A DNA stretch of 51,518 nucleotides from positions 1 to 51,518 of the forward strand of contig JAJYJW010000003.1 of NCBI GenBank assembly GCA_021789155.1, written 5' to 3'. This stretch comes from Candidatus Micrarchaeota archaeon (GTDB lineage Archaea > Micrarchaeota > Micrarchaeia > Micrarchaeales > CABMGC01). The notes under the pieces are model-generated. The model had not been told where the DNA came from and did not search any database. It was given only the letters and a program-made list of their open reading frames with translations. Shown one piece after another: positions 19,452 through 29,647 of this stretch (positions are counted from its first letter, which is position 1; each line of letters opens with the position of its first letter). Made by a program: the position numbers and the translations under genes.

Positions 19452-21236
19452 ATGCATGGCAAAATTAATCTAATTGGAGTTATGTTGCTGCTTTTTTCTC
19501 TTTCGGTTTACGCATTTAGCACCGCAACAATACACGACCCTGCAGTCATCGGAGTAGATAGCGGGATACTGACAAATTTCACGTTGAGCATAAGCAACGG
19601 AAACGGTGCAGTGAAAGTGACTGGCGCAGCGATAATAGACAATAGCACAATTGATTCCGCACTACAGGCGGTACAATACGCATCTTCAATTTATGGTGTA
19701 GATTACCACAAATACAACTTCACTTACGACATATCTGGAAATTCGAGCGACATATCCGGACCCAGCGGAGGGGTAGCGATGACGGTATTGGCCATGTCAG
19801 AATTCAGCAACACCCCTTTACTTGACAATTTCGCAATAACTGGAGTGATAAATTCCAATGGCACGGCAGGGCAAATAGGGGGCATATTGGAAAAGGTGGG
19901 AGCAGCAAAGGCAGCGGGAATGAAATACATGATACTCCCATATGCGGACAGCGGCAGCTTCGAGAGCATACTGTACTATCTTGCGCAGCAGGAATACAGC
20001 ATACCGATAACGATGGTAAGAAACGTAACTCAAGCATTCGAATATGCAACGGGAAAACTTCCTTTCAGACACATGAATGCGATAGATATCGCAACAACAT
20101 ACAACGTAACCTCATTGCCAGATGCGATGAACACTTGTAGTTCATGCAACGTAAACGCATTCTCTGATGTGACAAACCAGACATTTACAATGACGCAGAA
20201 CCTGATAAGCAACATAACCGGAAACTATTCGGGCCTCAAGAACGTACTCGATTCGGGAATAAGCAACTACATGGAAATAGCGAACAAGGGATACTTCTAC
20301 TCCGCAGCCAACTTCGCCTTCCTAGAATACATAGATGCGTACATAATCGCAAACAAGGGCACGGTGTTGAATCAGAGCGTCGGAACTTTGGCAAACAACA
20401 CTCAGGCATACTGCAATGCGATAACCCCGCCACAACTCACAAACACGAACTACGAATACGTAATTGGCGGAGAACTAAGGCACGCGTGGGCAAACTACTC
20501 AATAAACGCGGCAAAATCCGCGCTTTCAAGCGTAGAGGTCTCAGATAATCTGGATCAGATACTCCAAACGTTGGCACAAGCTAACGCATGGTGCAGCGCG
20601 GCATCGTTCATGTACAATAGCGCATCGCAGATGGGCGGCAATTATTCGAGCATAGGCACGGGATCGTTGCAATTGATTACGAATGAAGTCAGCAATGCGC
20701 AGAACTTCCCTGGAATGTATGCAAGCGTAGCAGAGCAGGAGCTTGCTAACAAGAATTATGCAGTGGCATTGTACAATGCGGAATATGCCATGTCCCTTGC
20801 AAACACCAGCTACTTATTCTACAACAACACGCAACTTGCAAGCGCAGTAGCAAACGACATAGTGAGCAACTCGACAAGCGTGTGGGGCAGCATGTTCAAA
20901 AGTCAGGCGCTTCTATACACGCACTACGCCAACACTGCATTAAACCAGAGCGGCGCGCATAACTACTATGCGCAAGCATTCAACACGGCAATGCTGTCGA
21001 AGAAGCTAGATAGCGCGAACGCAGTAATAGCGGGCTCTCTGCTTGTATCAAACGTCACCGCAGCCACGGCACAGCTGCCTGCGGGAATAGCCGGCGAATT
21101 GAACCAGGTATATTATCTGATGTTCATAATACTCGTTCTTCTGTTCGTAGTGCTAGTGGTATTGCTCATAGTTCTTGTCAAGATGAACGAGATGCACAAC
21201 GCGATAAAAGACAGGGATAGGAAGAGGAGAAAGTGA
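19452..21236 (+). CDS. Exported, membrane-anchored Lon-like (S16) serine protease without an AAA+ domain
   Basis: Signal peptide, SGPSGG (catalytic Ser), ITGVI...GQIGGILEK (catalytic Lys), long helical region, C-terminal TM with basic tail. Confidence 0.85.
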   Translation: MHGKINLIGVMLLLFSLSVYAFSTATIHDPAVIGVDSGILTNFTLSISNGNGAVKVTGAAIIDNSTIDSALQAVQYASSIYGVDYHKYNFTYDISGNSSDISGPSGGVAMTVLAMSEFSNTPLLDNFAITGVINSNGTAGQIGGILEKVGAAKAAGMKYMILPYADSGSFESILYYLAQQEYSIPITMVRNVTQAFEYATGKLPFRHMNAIDIATTYNVTSLPDAMNTCSSCNVNAFSDVTNQTFTMTQNLISNITGNYSGLKNVLDSGISNYMEIANKGYFYSAANFAFLEYIDAYIIANKGTVLNQSVGTLANNTQAYCNAITPPQLTNTNYEYVIGGELRHAWANYSINAAKSALSSVEVSDNLDQILQTLAQANAWCSAASFMYNSASQMGGNYSSIGTGSLQLITNEVSNAQNFPGMYASVAEQELANKNYAVALYNAEYAMSLANTSYLFYNNTQLASAVANDIVSNSTSVWGSMFKSQALLYTHYANTALNQSGAHNYYAQAFNTAMLSKKLDSANAVIAGSLLVSNVTAATAQLPAGIAGELNQVYYLMFIILVLLFVVLVVLLIVLVKMNEMHNAIKDRDRKRRK

Positions 21237-22094
21237 TCACGCTATTGCAACGAGGAATATGCATAGCAATGCTATTCCCATTGCAACAAGCGACGATTTC
21301 CTAGAGAACGCGTAGAATTTGTCAGAAGAATAAGTCAAATGCCCAGCGCCTATGTAAAGGAATGTACTGCAAACGGCAGATATCGGAATGAGATACGCGA
21401 AATTGTGTTTAAACGGGGCAACGGTGAAGAACAGCATCATCGCTATGCAAGTAGCAAATACATATAAGAGAAGCGCAAACTCTGCCGACGCCTGCTTTCC
21501 TATAACCCTTGGCAAAGTATTCGCATGTCTTGCCTTGATGTCTCCGGAGTAATCCCTTATCGTGCCGTCTATCTCCCTTGACAATCCCGCAAGCAAAATT
21601 ATGGCAGTGTAGAACAGTTGCGCGTTGCTTATCGAGTTGCCTGCAACGAAGCTTCCGAATATGAAAGGAATTGCCATAGACAACGCAACAAACAGGTTCC
21701 CCACAAGCAGCACCTCCTTGAGCTTATAGCTATACAATATGGAAATTGCCGAAAAAGATATCGCTATTGCAAAACAGTAATAGTTAATCGCATAGCTCAG
21801 CGCGGTGCCCAGTGCAAACGAAAGAACCGCTACCGCAAGAGCGGAATTCCTTGAAATTTCGCCGCTTATTATGGGTCTATTCTTCTTGTTCATTCGGTCT
21901 ACTTCGACATCGAAATAATCGTTTATCGCGAATGCGCCTGCGCTTATGAACGCTGGACCAACTACGCTAAATGCAAGAGGGACTGCGCTAGGGAGCGATC
22001 CAGACAGGACCTCTGCGGCTAGCACGGCTATCGCTATCATTATGCTGTGCTCGAATCGGGTAAGCTTCAGGAACGCGTTTAACGGTTTAAGCAT
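21237..22094 (-). CDS. UbiA family prenyltransferase (probable digeranylgeranylglyceryl phosphate synthase)
   Basis: INDYFDVEVDRMNKKNRPIISG, YSYKLK...GNLFVA, REI..TIRDYSGD...TLP. ATG 22094 preferred over TTG 22109. Confidence 0.88.
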   Translation of the reverse strand: MLKPLNAFLKLTRFEHSIMIAIAVLAAEVLSGSLPSAVPLAFSVVGPAFISAGAFAINDYFDVEVDRMNKKNRPIISGEISRNSALAVAVLSFALGTALSYAINYYCFAIAISFSAISILYSYKLKEVLLVGNLFVALSMAIPFIFGSFVAGNSISNAQLFYTAIILLAGLSREIDGTIRDYSGDIKARHANTLPRVIGKQASAEFALLLYVFATCIAMMLFFTVAPFKHNFAYLIPISAVCSTFLYIGAGHLTYSSDKFYAFSRKSSLVAMGIALLCIFLVAIA

Positions 22095-22111
22095 AGGGAT
22101 AATAGGCAAAC

Positions 22112-22128
22112 AAGCTCTTTAAGAGCTT
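22112..22128. promoter_or_regulatory. Palindromic, probably bidirectional promoter core
   Basis: AAGCTCTT-T-AAGAGCTT perfect inverted repeat centred at 22120, 26 and 27 nt from the two divergent ATGs (22094 and 22147). Confidence 0.55.
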
Positions 22129-22146
22129 TCTATTCAAAGTATCCTC

Positions 22147-23034
22147 ATGCATATTTTGAATTCACTGCCGGAGTACAATCTTTTTGGCGTTGAGAATCAG
22201 GATTACGAATCTGCTAGGGTAGTAGCAATACCAGTTCCGTACGATTCGACAGTTACCTACAAAAGCGGTTCTAGGAATGGTCCAAGAGCGATAATAGAGG
22301 CTAGCAGGAACATAGAACTTTACAGCTACGAATTAAACCGCGACATAAGCAAAGTTGGCATATTCACCACAGAGGAACTCGCTCCAGATTTCGGCTCTCC
22401 AGAACGAATGATAAACGGCATAGAGAAGGAGGTAAGCAAGGTACTGGAAGATGGAAAATTGCCGTTCATGATAGGCGGGGAGCATTCGATAGCAATAGGT
22501 GCAATAGCTGCAGTGAGAAAGATATACGACAATGGATTGAGCGTGATACAGTTCGATGCGCATTCAGATTCACGGGATGAGCTTTACGGAAGCAAATACA
22601 TGCATGCGTGCGTGATGGCAAGGGCGCATGAGCTCTCCGACAGCGTATTCAACGTAGGGGTAAGAAGCATAGAGATAGAATCAGCGAAAAACCTGGAAAA
22701 GGGATCGTTGGTCACGATGCATGATCTCAGAATTGCTGGAATAAGGGAAAGCATCAAGAAAGTCATTGAACAATGCGAGGATAACGTGTACATAACCATA
22801 GACCTTGACGTTCTGGATCCTTCGGAGATGCCAAGCGTCGGAACCCCCGAACCTGACGGATTGAGATTTGCGGAATTGTGCAACATGATAGAGGAAGTGG
22901 CGAAACACAAGCACATCGTGGGAATTGACATGACCGAGCTGTGCCCCATTCCCGGAATGCACTCTCCGGATTTCATGGCGGCGAAGCTAGCGTATCTCGC
23001 GATAGGTTACGCCACATCCGGCAGCAGCAAGTAG
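22147..23034 (+). CDS. speB: Agmatinase (ureohydrolase family)
   Basis: GGEHSI, FDAHSD, DLDVLDPSEMPSVGTPEPDG. Confidence 0.92.
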   Translation: MHILNSLPEYNLFGVENQDYESARVVAIPVPYDSTVTYKSGSRNGPRAIIEASRNIELYSYELNRDISKVGIFTTEELAPDFGSPERMINGIEKEVSKVLEDGKLPFMIGGEHSIAIGAIAAVRKIYDNGLSVIQFDAHSDSRDELYGSKYMHACVMARAHELSDSVFNVGVRSIEIESAKNLEKGSLVTMHDLRIAGIRESIKKVIEQCEDNVYITIDLDVLDPSEMPSVGTPEPDGLRFAELCNMIEEVAKHKHIVGIDMTELCPIPGMHSPDFMAAKLAYLAIGYATSGSSK

Positions 23035-23087
23035 CTATTTAATAATAGCATTCCAAGTGAATACGGTATTTGCAAAGGGTAAGGGAC

Positions 23088-24089
23088 ATGAAGGATTACG
23101 CGATAGAAATAACCAAGCTTGTTAAAAAGTTTGGAGATTTTGTCGCAGTTAACAAGCTCGACATTGCAATAGAGCGTGGAGAGATATTCGGACTTCTCGG
23201 ACCAAACGGCTCGGGGAAGACCACCACGATAAACATGCTTCTAGGACTTCTCGAGCCCACCTCCGGGACCATTCATCTGGATGGAATGAACGTGGTTGAA
23301 GACAGCAGCGAAGCGAAGGGCAAGGTCGGATTGGTTACGCAGGAAACTGTAGTGGAAGGGGAATTAACAGCAACTGAAAACCTGAGGCTTTTCGGCAGGC
23401 TGTACCATCTTCCCGATGATGTCATCAATAAGCGAATAGGTGAATTGCTGGAACTCGCAGGCCTGGAGAAATTCAAGGACAATTACGCCGGCACTTTCTC
23501 CGGAGGAATGCAGAGACGCTTATCCGTGGTAAAGGCGCTTATCCACAATCCGAAAATACTTGTTCTTGACGAGCCAACGGTTGGTCTAGATGTACAAAAC
23601 AGGTCTAACTTGTGGGAACTGCTAAGGAAGATAAACAGGGAACGCGGGGTTACCATACTGCTTACCACCCAATACCTGGAAGAAGCGGACCAATTATGCA
23701 ACCGCATATCGATAATCAACAATGGAAAGGTGGTCGCAAGCGGAACGCCTTCGCAGCTCAAACAGCAGGTAAGCAAGCATCAGATTATAGAGATAGCCGT
23801 GGAGAAGAAATTCCTGGTTAAAACCGAGGAGATAATAAAGAGCTTATACAAGGAAAACGTCAGGGTTACTGGCGACAAGGTATATTTTCCCGCTACCGGA
23901 GACTCTCTGGAAATGCTGAACAGCCTGGTGAAGAAGCTTAGCAAAAGCGGAATAGAGGTTGTATCGATAGGAATGCATCAGCCTACTCTTGACGACGTGT
24001 TCCTCAAGCTCACCGGAACATCACTCAGAGACAGCGCATCGAATACGGATAATGGCCAAGGAAAGGACGTCCTTAAAATGATGAAGTGA
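23088..24089 (+). CDS. ABC transporter ATP-binding protein (DrrA-like exporter)
   Basis: GPNGSGKTT, FSGGMQRRL, LDEPTVGLD, TTQYLEEAD, PTLDDVFL. Confidence 0.93.
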   Translation: MKDYAIEITKLVKKFGDFVAVNKLDIAIERGEIFGLLGPNGSGKTTTINMLLGLLEPTSGTIHLDGMNVVEDSSEAKGKVGLVTQETVVEGELTATENLRLFGRLYHLPDDVINKRIGELLELAGLEKFKDNYAGTFSGGMQRRLSVVKALIHNPKILVLDEPTVGLDVQNRSNLWELLRKINRERGVTILLTTQYLEEADQLCNRISIINNGKVVASGTPSQLKQQVSKHQIIEIAVEKKFLVKTEEIIKSLYKENVRVTGDKVYFPATGDSLEMLNSLVKKLSKSGIEVVSIGMHQPTLDDVFLKLTGTSLRDSASNTDNGQGKDVLKMMK

Positions 24090-24094
24090 ACCGC

Positions 24095-25225
24095 ATGAGC
24101 ATATTGGGAGACGCACTGACTTTGTACGCAAGGGAATTTCTCATATTCAAGAAAAACATTAACGTGTCAGTTGCGAGATCGGTAATGTTCCCGTTGGTAT
24201 TCATACTGCTCCTGGGGAACATAGGGAACACCTCGAAAAACCTGCCTGTTGCGATAGTCAATTACGACAACGGAATAAATTCCATCAAGTTCATTAATCT
24301 TCTAGAGGCCGCTAACATTGTTAGGGTGCTTAGCGTTACAAACCAGCAAAGCGCCCTGAATATGCTGTACATGGGCCAGGTTACGATGGTTATTGTCATA
24401 CCCCCTCATTTTGGAACCAACAACCAGGGTTCGCAAACTTTAACCACTTATCTTGATTCATCGGTTCCGTTCTCAACGACAATACTCGTAAACCAGGTAG
24501 AGCAAACGGCAAAACAGTTCGACGCACAAGTGCTGAGCAAGGGGATAAACTCTGCAAACATGCAGCAAAGCCCCACCACCTCTTTCAACGTCAATTACAC
24601 TTACGGCACTGCAAGCGACTACAAAGACTTCCTCATAGCGGGAGTTATGCTTTCCGTTGTTATCTTCGGGGCGCTATGGAGCGGAGGATTCACAATGCTT
24701 ACCGACAGGCAACTGGGCAACCTCAAGACATTCTTAGTAACTCCAATACACAGGTTCTCCATACTTCTGAGCAAGCTGGGCATGGGGGTAACGCAGTCTA
24801 CTATGGCAGGTATTTTCGCACTGGTGATAGGCATACTTGACGGCGGGCACATGGCATGCGGCCTATACGGAGTTGCATTGATATTCATGTTCATTGTGCT
24901 GGCTTCTATTGGATTCGGCGCCCTAGCGATAATACTCGCGACGCGAACCAGCAAAATAGAGACTTATTCGATAACAGGAACCATGATAATGATGCCGATG
25001 TGGTTCCTTTCCGGCGCGTTTTCGCCTACGAACACGTTCCCGCCATGGCTTCAGTTCCTCAGTGCGATAGACCCGCTTACGTACGCTGTAGACGGAGTAA
25101 GGTATTTATTCCTCAAAGGATTCATACCAACGAGCGTGCTAATTACGGATGTTGTGGTCTTGATAATATTCAGCGTCATCTCGCTCATAGCGAGCGTATT
25201 GCTTTTCAAAAATACTATAGAATAG
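24095..25225 (+). CDS. ABC-2 type exporter permease
   Basis: One TM, an extracellular loop, then five TMs; FLSGAFSP...PPWLQ...DPLTYAVDG. Confidence 0.9.
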   Translation: MSILGDALTLYAREFLIFKKNINVSVARSVMFPLVFILLLGNIGNTSKNLPVAIVNYDNGINSIKFINLLEAANIVRVLSVTNQQSALNMLYMGQVTMVIVIPPHFGTNNQGSQTLTTYLDSSVPFSTTILVNQVEQTAKQFDAQVLSKGINSANMQQSPTTSFNVNYTYGTASDYKDFLIAGVMLSVVIFGALWSGGFTMLTDRQLGNLKTFLVTPIHRFSILLSKLGMGVTQSTMAGIFALVIGILDGGHMACGLYGVALIFMFIVLASIGFGALAIILATRTSKIETYSITGTMIMMPMWFLSGAFSPTNTFPPWLQFLSAIDPLTYAVDGVRYLFLKGFIPTSVLITDVVVLIIFSVISLIASVLLFKNTIE

Positions 25226-25235
25226 ATGTGAAATT

Positions 25236-26843
25236 ATGGACAAATTCTCGATATTGCGGATTTTCATTGCAATCCAAATGCTAGCAGGAATAACGTTTGC
25301 AGGGGCGTTATCGGTAGTAAATCTCAACGTGAATCCCGCAATAATAACCGCGGGAAGCAACGTCACGCTAACCTTCCAGCTATACGATTCTTACACGAGG
25401 ACATTAAGCAACGTTAACCTGTATGCATCTTCTGGATATCCATTGCTCAACGTGAGCCCTTCCACGATCAGCTTCATAACGAGCATAGGGCAGGGCATAT
25501 ACGGGGGGTCTACTACCTACTTCAAGTACAAGCTTCACATCCCGTCTGACGTCAACACTGGCACTTACGTATTCAACATAAGCGCAAACTACCAGACAGA
25601 CATAGCCACGACCACCGGTTCTGGAACTACCACCACCTCTACTACGGAGCAATCCATAATGCCGATATTGCTGTACATACGCGGAAATCCTGAGATATCC
25701 GCGACTGCGAGCAGCATAAGCCCGCAACTCGATCCCGGCAGCTCATCCCAAGCAGTATTCACATTATACAACACAGGCGGAGGCGATGCGAAGAACGTGA
25801 GCGTAACGCTGCATAACACGAAGAACATAAGCGTTGTAGGCACTGCCACGCAATTCATAGGAAGCATAGCAAAGGGATCTTCGCAGCAAGTTAGCACCAG
25901 CCTGATAGCGAGCCAGAATCTGGTAAACGACACTTACGTAATACCGATAACAGTGCGCTATTCGTCCGATTATGGCGAGAATTTCACTTACAACTCGACA
26001 ATACCGATTAGCGTTGCCATAAACCAGCCGCGAATAGTCATCCAGACTACCGGAGCGAATCCCGCTCAATTGCTCAACGGCTACAACCAAACGCTCTACA
26101 TAGCTGTTGAGAACGTAGGTACTGGCGCTGCCAGAAACGTTACGGTGGCTTTTACCCCAGATAGCAACGTAGAAGTGCAGGGTTCGGTTAACAAGTTCTT
26201 CATAGGAACCATACCTGCGGGATCATCAAGCCAGCAGACGTTGCTGATATTCGCTAAGAACGGGGCAAGCAACGCGACGATACACACTTATTCTACTTAC
26301 TATGCAGACAACTATCGTGCTCTGATGAATAGCTCGCAGAATCTCGAGCTGAACATAGAGAAATCAGCGCAGTTCAAGATAACCTCAGAATCGTCGCTTA
26401 TGCAACCGGGCTCCAGCAGCACCCCATTGAGAGTGACAATACAAAACACCGGCAACATAGCAGCAAGCGGCATACAGCTGAGCCTTCAGACCACTTACCC
26501 TATAGCCCCTGTTGACGGGAACGCATATCTCGATCAGCTAGCGCCTGGACAAAGCGCAACGATATTGTTCCTGGTTAACGTGGACAGCAATGGAGAGCCA
26601 GCATCATATCCCATAACGGTGTACGAGACGTGGAAACAGAACAACAGCGCACCGAATCAGCAATTCTCCGGCTCGCAGCAGTATTCCGCAACGATAAATT
26701 CGGCTGCTGCCGCAGACATTGGCTCCGTATACACATTCGTAATAGCAGTTGCGGCGATAGCGATAATCTATTTCAGGTTCAAGAAAAAGATAGATCCGAA
26801 AATAGAAAAGTTAATGGGAATTGCGAGAAGGGCAAAGAAGTAA
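25236..26843 (+). CDS. S-layer-domain / CARDB-repeat surface protein associated with the ABC exporter
   Basis: Signal peptide; repeated NTGGGDAKNV / NVGTGAARNV / NTGNIAASGI Ig-like units; C-terminal TM with basic tail. Confidence 0.75.
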   Translation: MDKFSILRIFIAIQMLAGITFAGALSVVNLNVNPAIITAGSNVTLTFQLYDSYTRTLSNVNLYASSGYPLLNVSPSTISFITSIGQGIYGGSTTYFKYKLHIPSDVNTGTYVFNISANYQTDIATTTGSGTTTTSTTEQSIMPILLYIRGNPEISATASSISPQLDPGSSSQAVFTLYNTGGGDAKNVSVTLHNTKNISVVGTATQFIGSIAKGSSQQVSTSLIASQNLVNDTYVIPITVRYSSDYGENFTYNSTIPISVAINQPRIVIQTTGANPAQLLNGYNQTLYIAVENVGTGAARNVTVAFTPDSNVEVQGSVNKFFIGTIPAGSSSQQTLLIFAKNGASNATIHTYSTYYADNYRALMNSSQNLELNIEKSAQFKITSESSLMQPGSSSTPLRVTIQNTGNIAASGIQLSLQTTYPIAPVDGNAYLDQLAPGQSATILFLVNVDSNGEPASYPITVYETWKQNNSAPNQQFSGSQQYSATINSAAAADIGSVYTFVIAVAAIAIIYFRFKKKIDPKIEKLMGIARRAKK

Positions 26844-26857
26844 AGTTAGCTTGCACA

Positions 26858-27817
26858 TCAGATTACGATGTGCAAGTAAACTCTTGCGAAAGTCCCGACT
26901 AGTATGGTGGAAAAAGCAGCACCCAAAGAGATAAGTATGTTCTCCGTCGCACCGTGCCTGATGCTCGTATCGCTGAGTATGCCTACTATTACAGACGTGG
27001 CGAAAAGCACCAAAGTTGCCATCAATATCGAAGCGAGCATGCCGACATAACCTGATAATCCAAGCACGAACGGAACTATGGGAACCATAGCGCCCCCGAA
27101 ATAGAACACACCAGTAAAGTACGCCTCGCTCAATGGAACTGTATGCAACTCATGCGAGCCATCGGGTATTGCTCTCGATACCTTCCTCTGCGAACTTGCG
27201 GATACGTAAGAACCGCCTGCCATCGACAGGGTGCCAGCGATCGCCACTATCACTCCGCCAAGTATGACTATTGTAGGATTAGTTGTTATTGCGGCAAAGC
27301 CTACCACTGCGCCTAAAACTTCTACAAGACCATCGTTTAGCCCGAAGATTATCGATTTCGTATAATCCAATCCGCCCCCATACTCTTCCAGTTCCCTTAT
27401 GAGCGCGGATTTGTGCCTGCCCTCGTCTGCCATAATGCCAGAAACTATCCTGCGCACTTGGGATCTGTGCGGACTTATCGCTTCCGCGACCGCATATCTG
27501 TTTATCAGCTTCTTTTCGCGCATTTCAAGCAGCTTTATGAGGAACACGTGACCCAGAAGCGTTCTTGCCAAAGAGTACAGAAATGCCTTGGCCTTCAGCC
27601 TGGGGCCTGCCCTGCCAACGATGTACCTTTTTTGCTCTATCTTGGCCCATCTGTCAAGGTGCTCTGATTCCTTGCCGGAAAGTTTCGAAAGAAGCTTGTG
27701 CAGGTCTTTATGATATTCCCTGCGGAGAAGAGAGTTGTATATGAACACGTTCTCGAGCTCGTATTTTATGATGCGGCGCTGGATGCGTTGAACATCATGG
27801 TTTTTGCTTGCGCTCAT
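26858..27817 (-). CDS. VIT1/CCC1 family metal transporter with N-terminal ferritin/rubrerythrin-like domain
   Basis: ESEH and DEGRH ExxH motifs; IFGLNDGLVE, AGTLSMAGGSYVS, PIVPF. Confidence 0.88.
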   Translation of the reverse strand: MSASKNHDVQRIQRRIIKYELENVFIYNSLLRREYHKDLHKLLSKLSGKESEHLDRWAKIEQKRYIVGRAGPRLKAKAFLYSLARTLLGHVFLIKLLEMREKKLINRYAVAEAISPHRSQVRRIVSGIMADEGRHKSALIRELEEYGGGLDYTKSIIFGLNDGLVEVLGAVVGFAAITTNPTIVILGGVIVAIAGTLSMAGGSYVSASSQRKVSRAIPDGSHELHTVPLSEAYFTGVFYFGGAMVPIVPFVLGLSGYVGMLASILMATLVLFATSVIVGILSDTSIRHGATENILISLGAAFSTILVGTFARVYLHIVI

Positions 27818-27893
27818 TCAATCACACGTAGGTACTATGCATTATACTGCAACTATTTTATACTGCTGCCCATGCATATATCTGGTGATTCCG

Positions 27894-28445
27894 TTGCACT
27901 TTTCCGATTACTCCTATTCTGGCAGGAATACGCACAAGGAGGTGGAGGAATTGGTCAGAAATTCGCGAGAAGTTCTCGTTGTATCGCCGTACATCGATGA
28001 ATATTACGCGAGGTTCCTTTCGAACACGGGAAAGAAAAGGATATGCATAATCGCGTCTTCAGTTAAACCAGATGCGAGAAAAATCATAGAAAACGGACAT
28101 TTTGATGCAGAATCTGTACTTGCGATTTCGATTTTCGCGACATGCACTGCGATCTCATATTCAATGAACATAACGGTACTGCTCGCATTCTTCGCGATAT
28201 TGTCAATGCTAGAAGCCCGCTCGTTCTATCTCAAGCTTTCAGGCAACAGAAACATAGCGCTGAAAGTTCCCAAAAAATTCGTTCATGCGAAGATGTACAT
28301 AGGCGAAAAGAAGGCGATAGTCGGCTCAGCCAACCTGACGTATGCGGGAATGCACAGAAACATAGAGCACATAGACGTTACAAAAGACAAAGGCAGGATC
28401 GACTCGCTGCGTAAGCAATTCTGGAAATTGTGGGATAAAAATTGA
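27894..28445 (+). CDS. Phospholipase D superfamily protein with a single HKD-like motif and an internal hydrophobic hairpin
   Basis: VVSPYID, HAKMYIGE, GSANLT..G...NIE. TTG 27894 after GGTGA preferred over 27804, which overlaps the divergent gene. Confidence 0.8.
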   Translation: MHFSDYSYSGRNTHKEVEELVRNSREVLVVSPYIDEYYARFLSNTGKKRICIIASSVKPDARKIIENGHFDAESVLAISIFATCTAISYSMNITVLLAFFAILSMLEARSFYLKLSGNRNIALKVPKKFVHAKMYIGEKKAIVGSANLTYAGMHRNIEHIDVTKDKGRIDSLRKQFWKLWDKN

Positions 28446-28503
28446 TTTTGTCGATTAGTCGCTTACAGAGAACGATTTTAAACGTTACATGTAAAATAGA
28501 AAT

Positions 28504-29646
28504 ATGGCAGAGGAATTGGTAGTCACGCCTTGGGAAGTAAAAGGCAAGGTAGACTATGACAAGTTGATAAAACAGTTCGGAACGTCTCCAATAACTGCGG
28601 AGCTTGAGAAATCGCTCGTGAGCGTAACCGGAGAAGACAACATATTTCTGCGCAGGAAGCTGTTCTATTCTCACAGGGATCTGGACAAAGCGATTGCGGA
28701 TTTCAAAGGCGGGAAGGGGATATACCTCTATACCGGAGTAGGTCCGTCAAACCCAATGCACATAGGCCACCTTGTTCCTTTCTTTTTCACTAAATGGCTC
28801 CAGGAAAAGTTCGGCGTCAACCTTTACATTCAGGTCACCGATGACGAAAAATTCGTGTTCAAGAGGGAAAGGACCCTCGAGCACATAACGAAAGTAGCTG
28901 ACGACGACATAAGAAACATAGCCGCTGTAGGATTCGATCCTGACAAAACCTTCATATTCAAGGATACCGAATACATCGACCATATATACAAGCTGGCGCT
29001 GAAGGTATCGCGAGAGATGAACTATTCGCAGGTTAAATCCGTATTCGGATTCAACAACATGACTAACGTTGGCCTTATGTTCTTCCCATCGCTTGAGATA
29101 GTGCCCACAATGTTCGAGAAAAAGCGTTGCCTTATACCAGACGCCATAGATCAGGACCCTTACTGGAGGCTGCAGAGGGACATGGCAGAAAAGCTCGGCT
29201 ACCACAAAGCAGCGCAGATTCATTCAAAGTTCATACCTCCGCTTACCGGAGTAGAAGGAAAGATGAGCGCTTCGAAGCCAGAAACCGCGATTTATCTGAC
29301 AGACGACGAAAAAACCGTAAAGAGCAAGATAATGAAATACGCTTTCTCTGGAGGCCAGGAGAGCGTGGAAATGCACAGGAAGCTGGGAGGGAATGTTGAC
29401 GTTGACGTATCGTTCCTATGGCTGCGCGATTTCTTCGAGCCTGACGATGAAAAGATGGCCCAGATAGAGAAAGACTATAGAAGCGGGAAGATGCTTACTG
29501 GCGAGTTGAAGCAGATGCTCGTTGATAAGGTCAACGCCCTCCTCACAAAACACAGGGCAAACAAGGAAAAGGCAGATTCCGCCATAGAGAAGATAAAGTA
29601 CAGCGGAAAGCTCGCGCAGAAGATGTGGGAAACCACATTCGAATAG
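28504..29646 (+). CDS. trpS: Tryptophan--tRNA ligase (archaeal/eukaryotic type)
   Basis: VTPWEV, YTGVGPS..MHIGH, TDDEK, IDQDPYWR, KMSAS, YAFSGG. Confidence 0.97.
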   Translation: MAEELVVTPWEVKGKVDYDKLIKQFGTSPITAELEKSLVSVTGEDNIFLRRKLFYSHRDLDKAIADFKGGKGIYLYTGVGPSNPMHIGHLVPFFFTKWLQEKFGVNLYIQVTDDEKFVFKRERTLEHITKVADDDIRNIAAVGFDPDKTFIFKDTEYIDHIYKLALKVSREMNYSQVKSVFGFNNMTNVGLMFFPSLEIVPTMFEKKRCLIPDAIDQDPYWRLQRDMAEKLGYHKAAQIHSKFIPPLTGVEGKMSASKPETAIYLTDDEKTVKSKIMKYAFSGGQESVEMHRKLGGNVDVDVSFLWLRDFFEPDDEKMAQIEKDYRSGKMLTGELKQMLVDKVNALLTKHRANKEKADSAIEKIKYSGKLAQKMWETTFE

Positions 29647-29647
29647 G

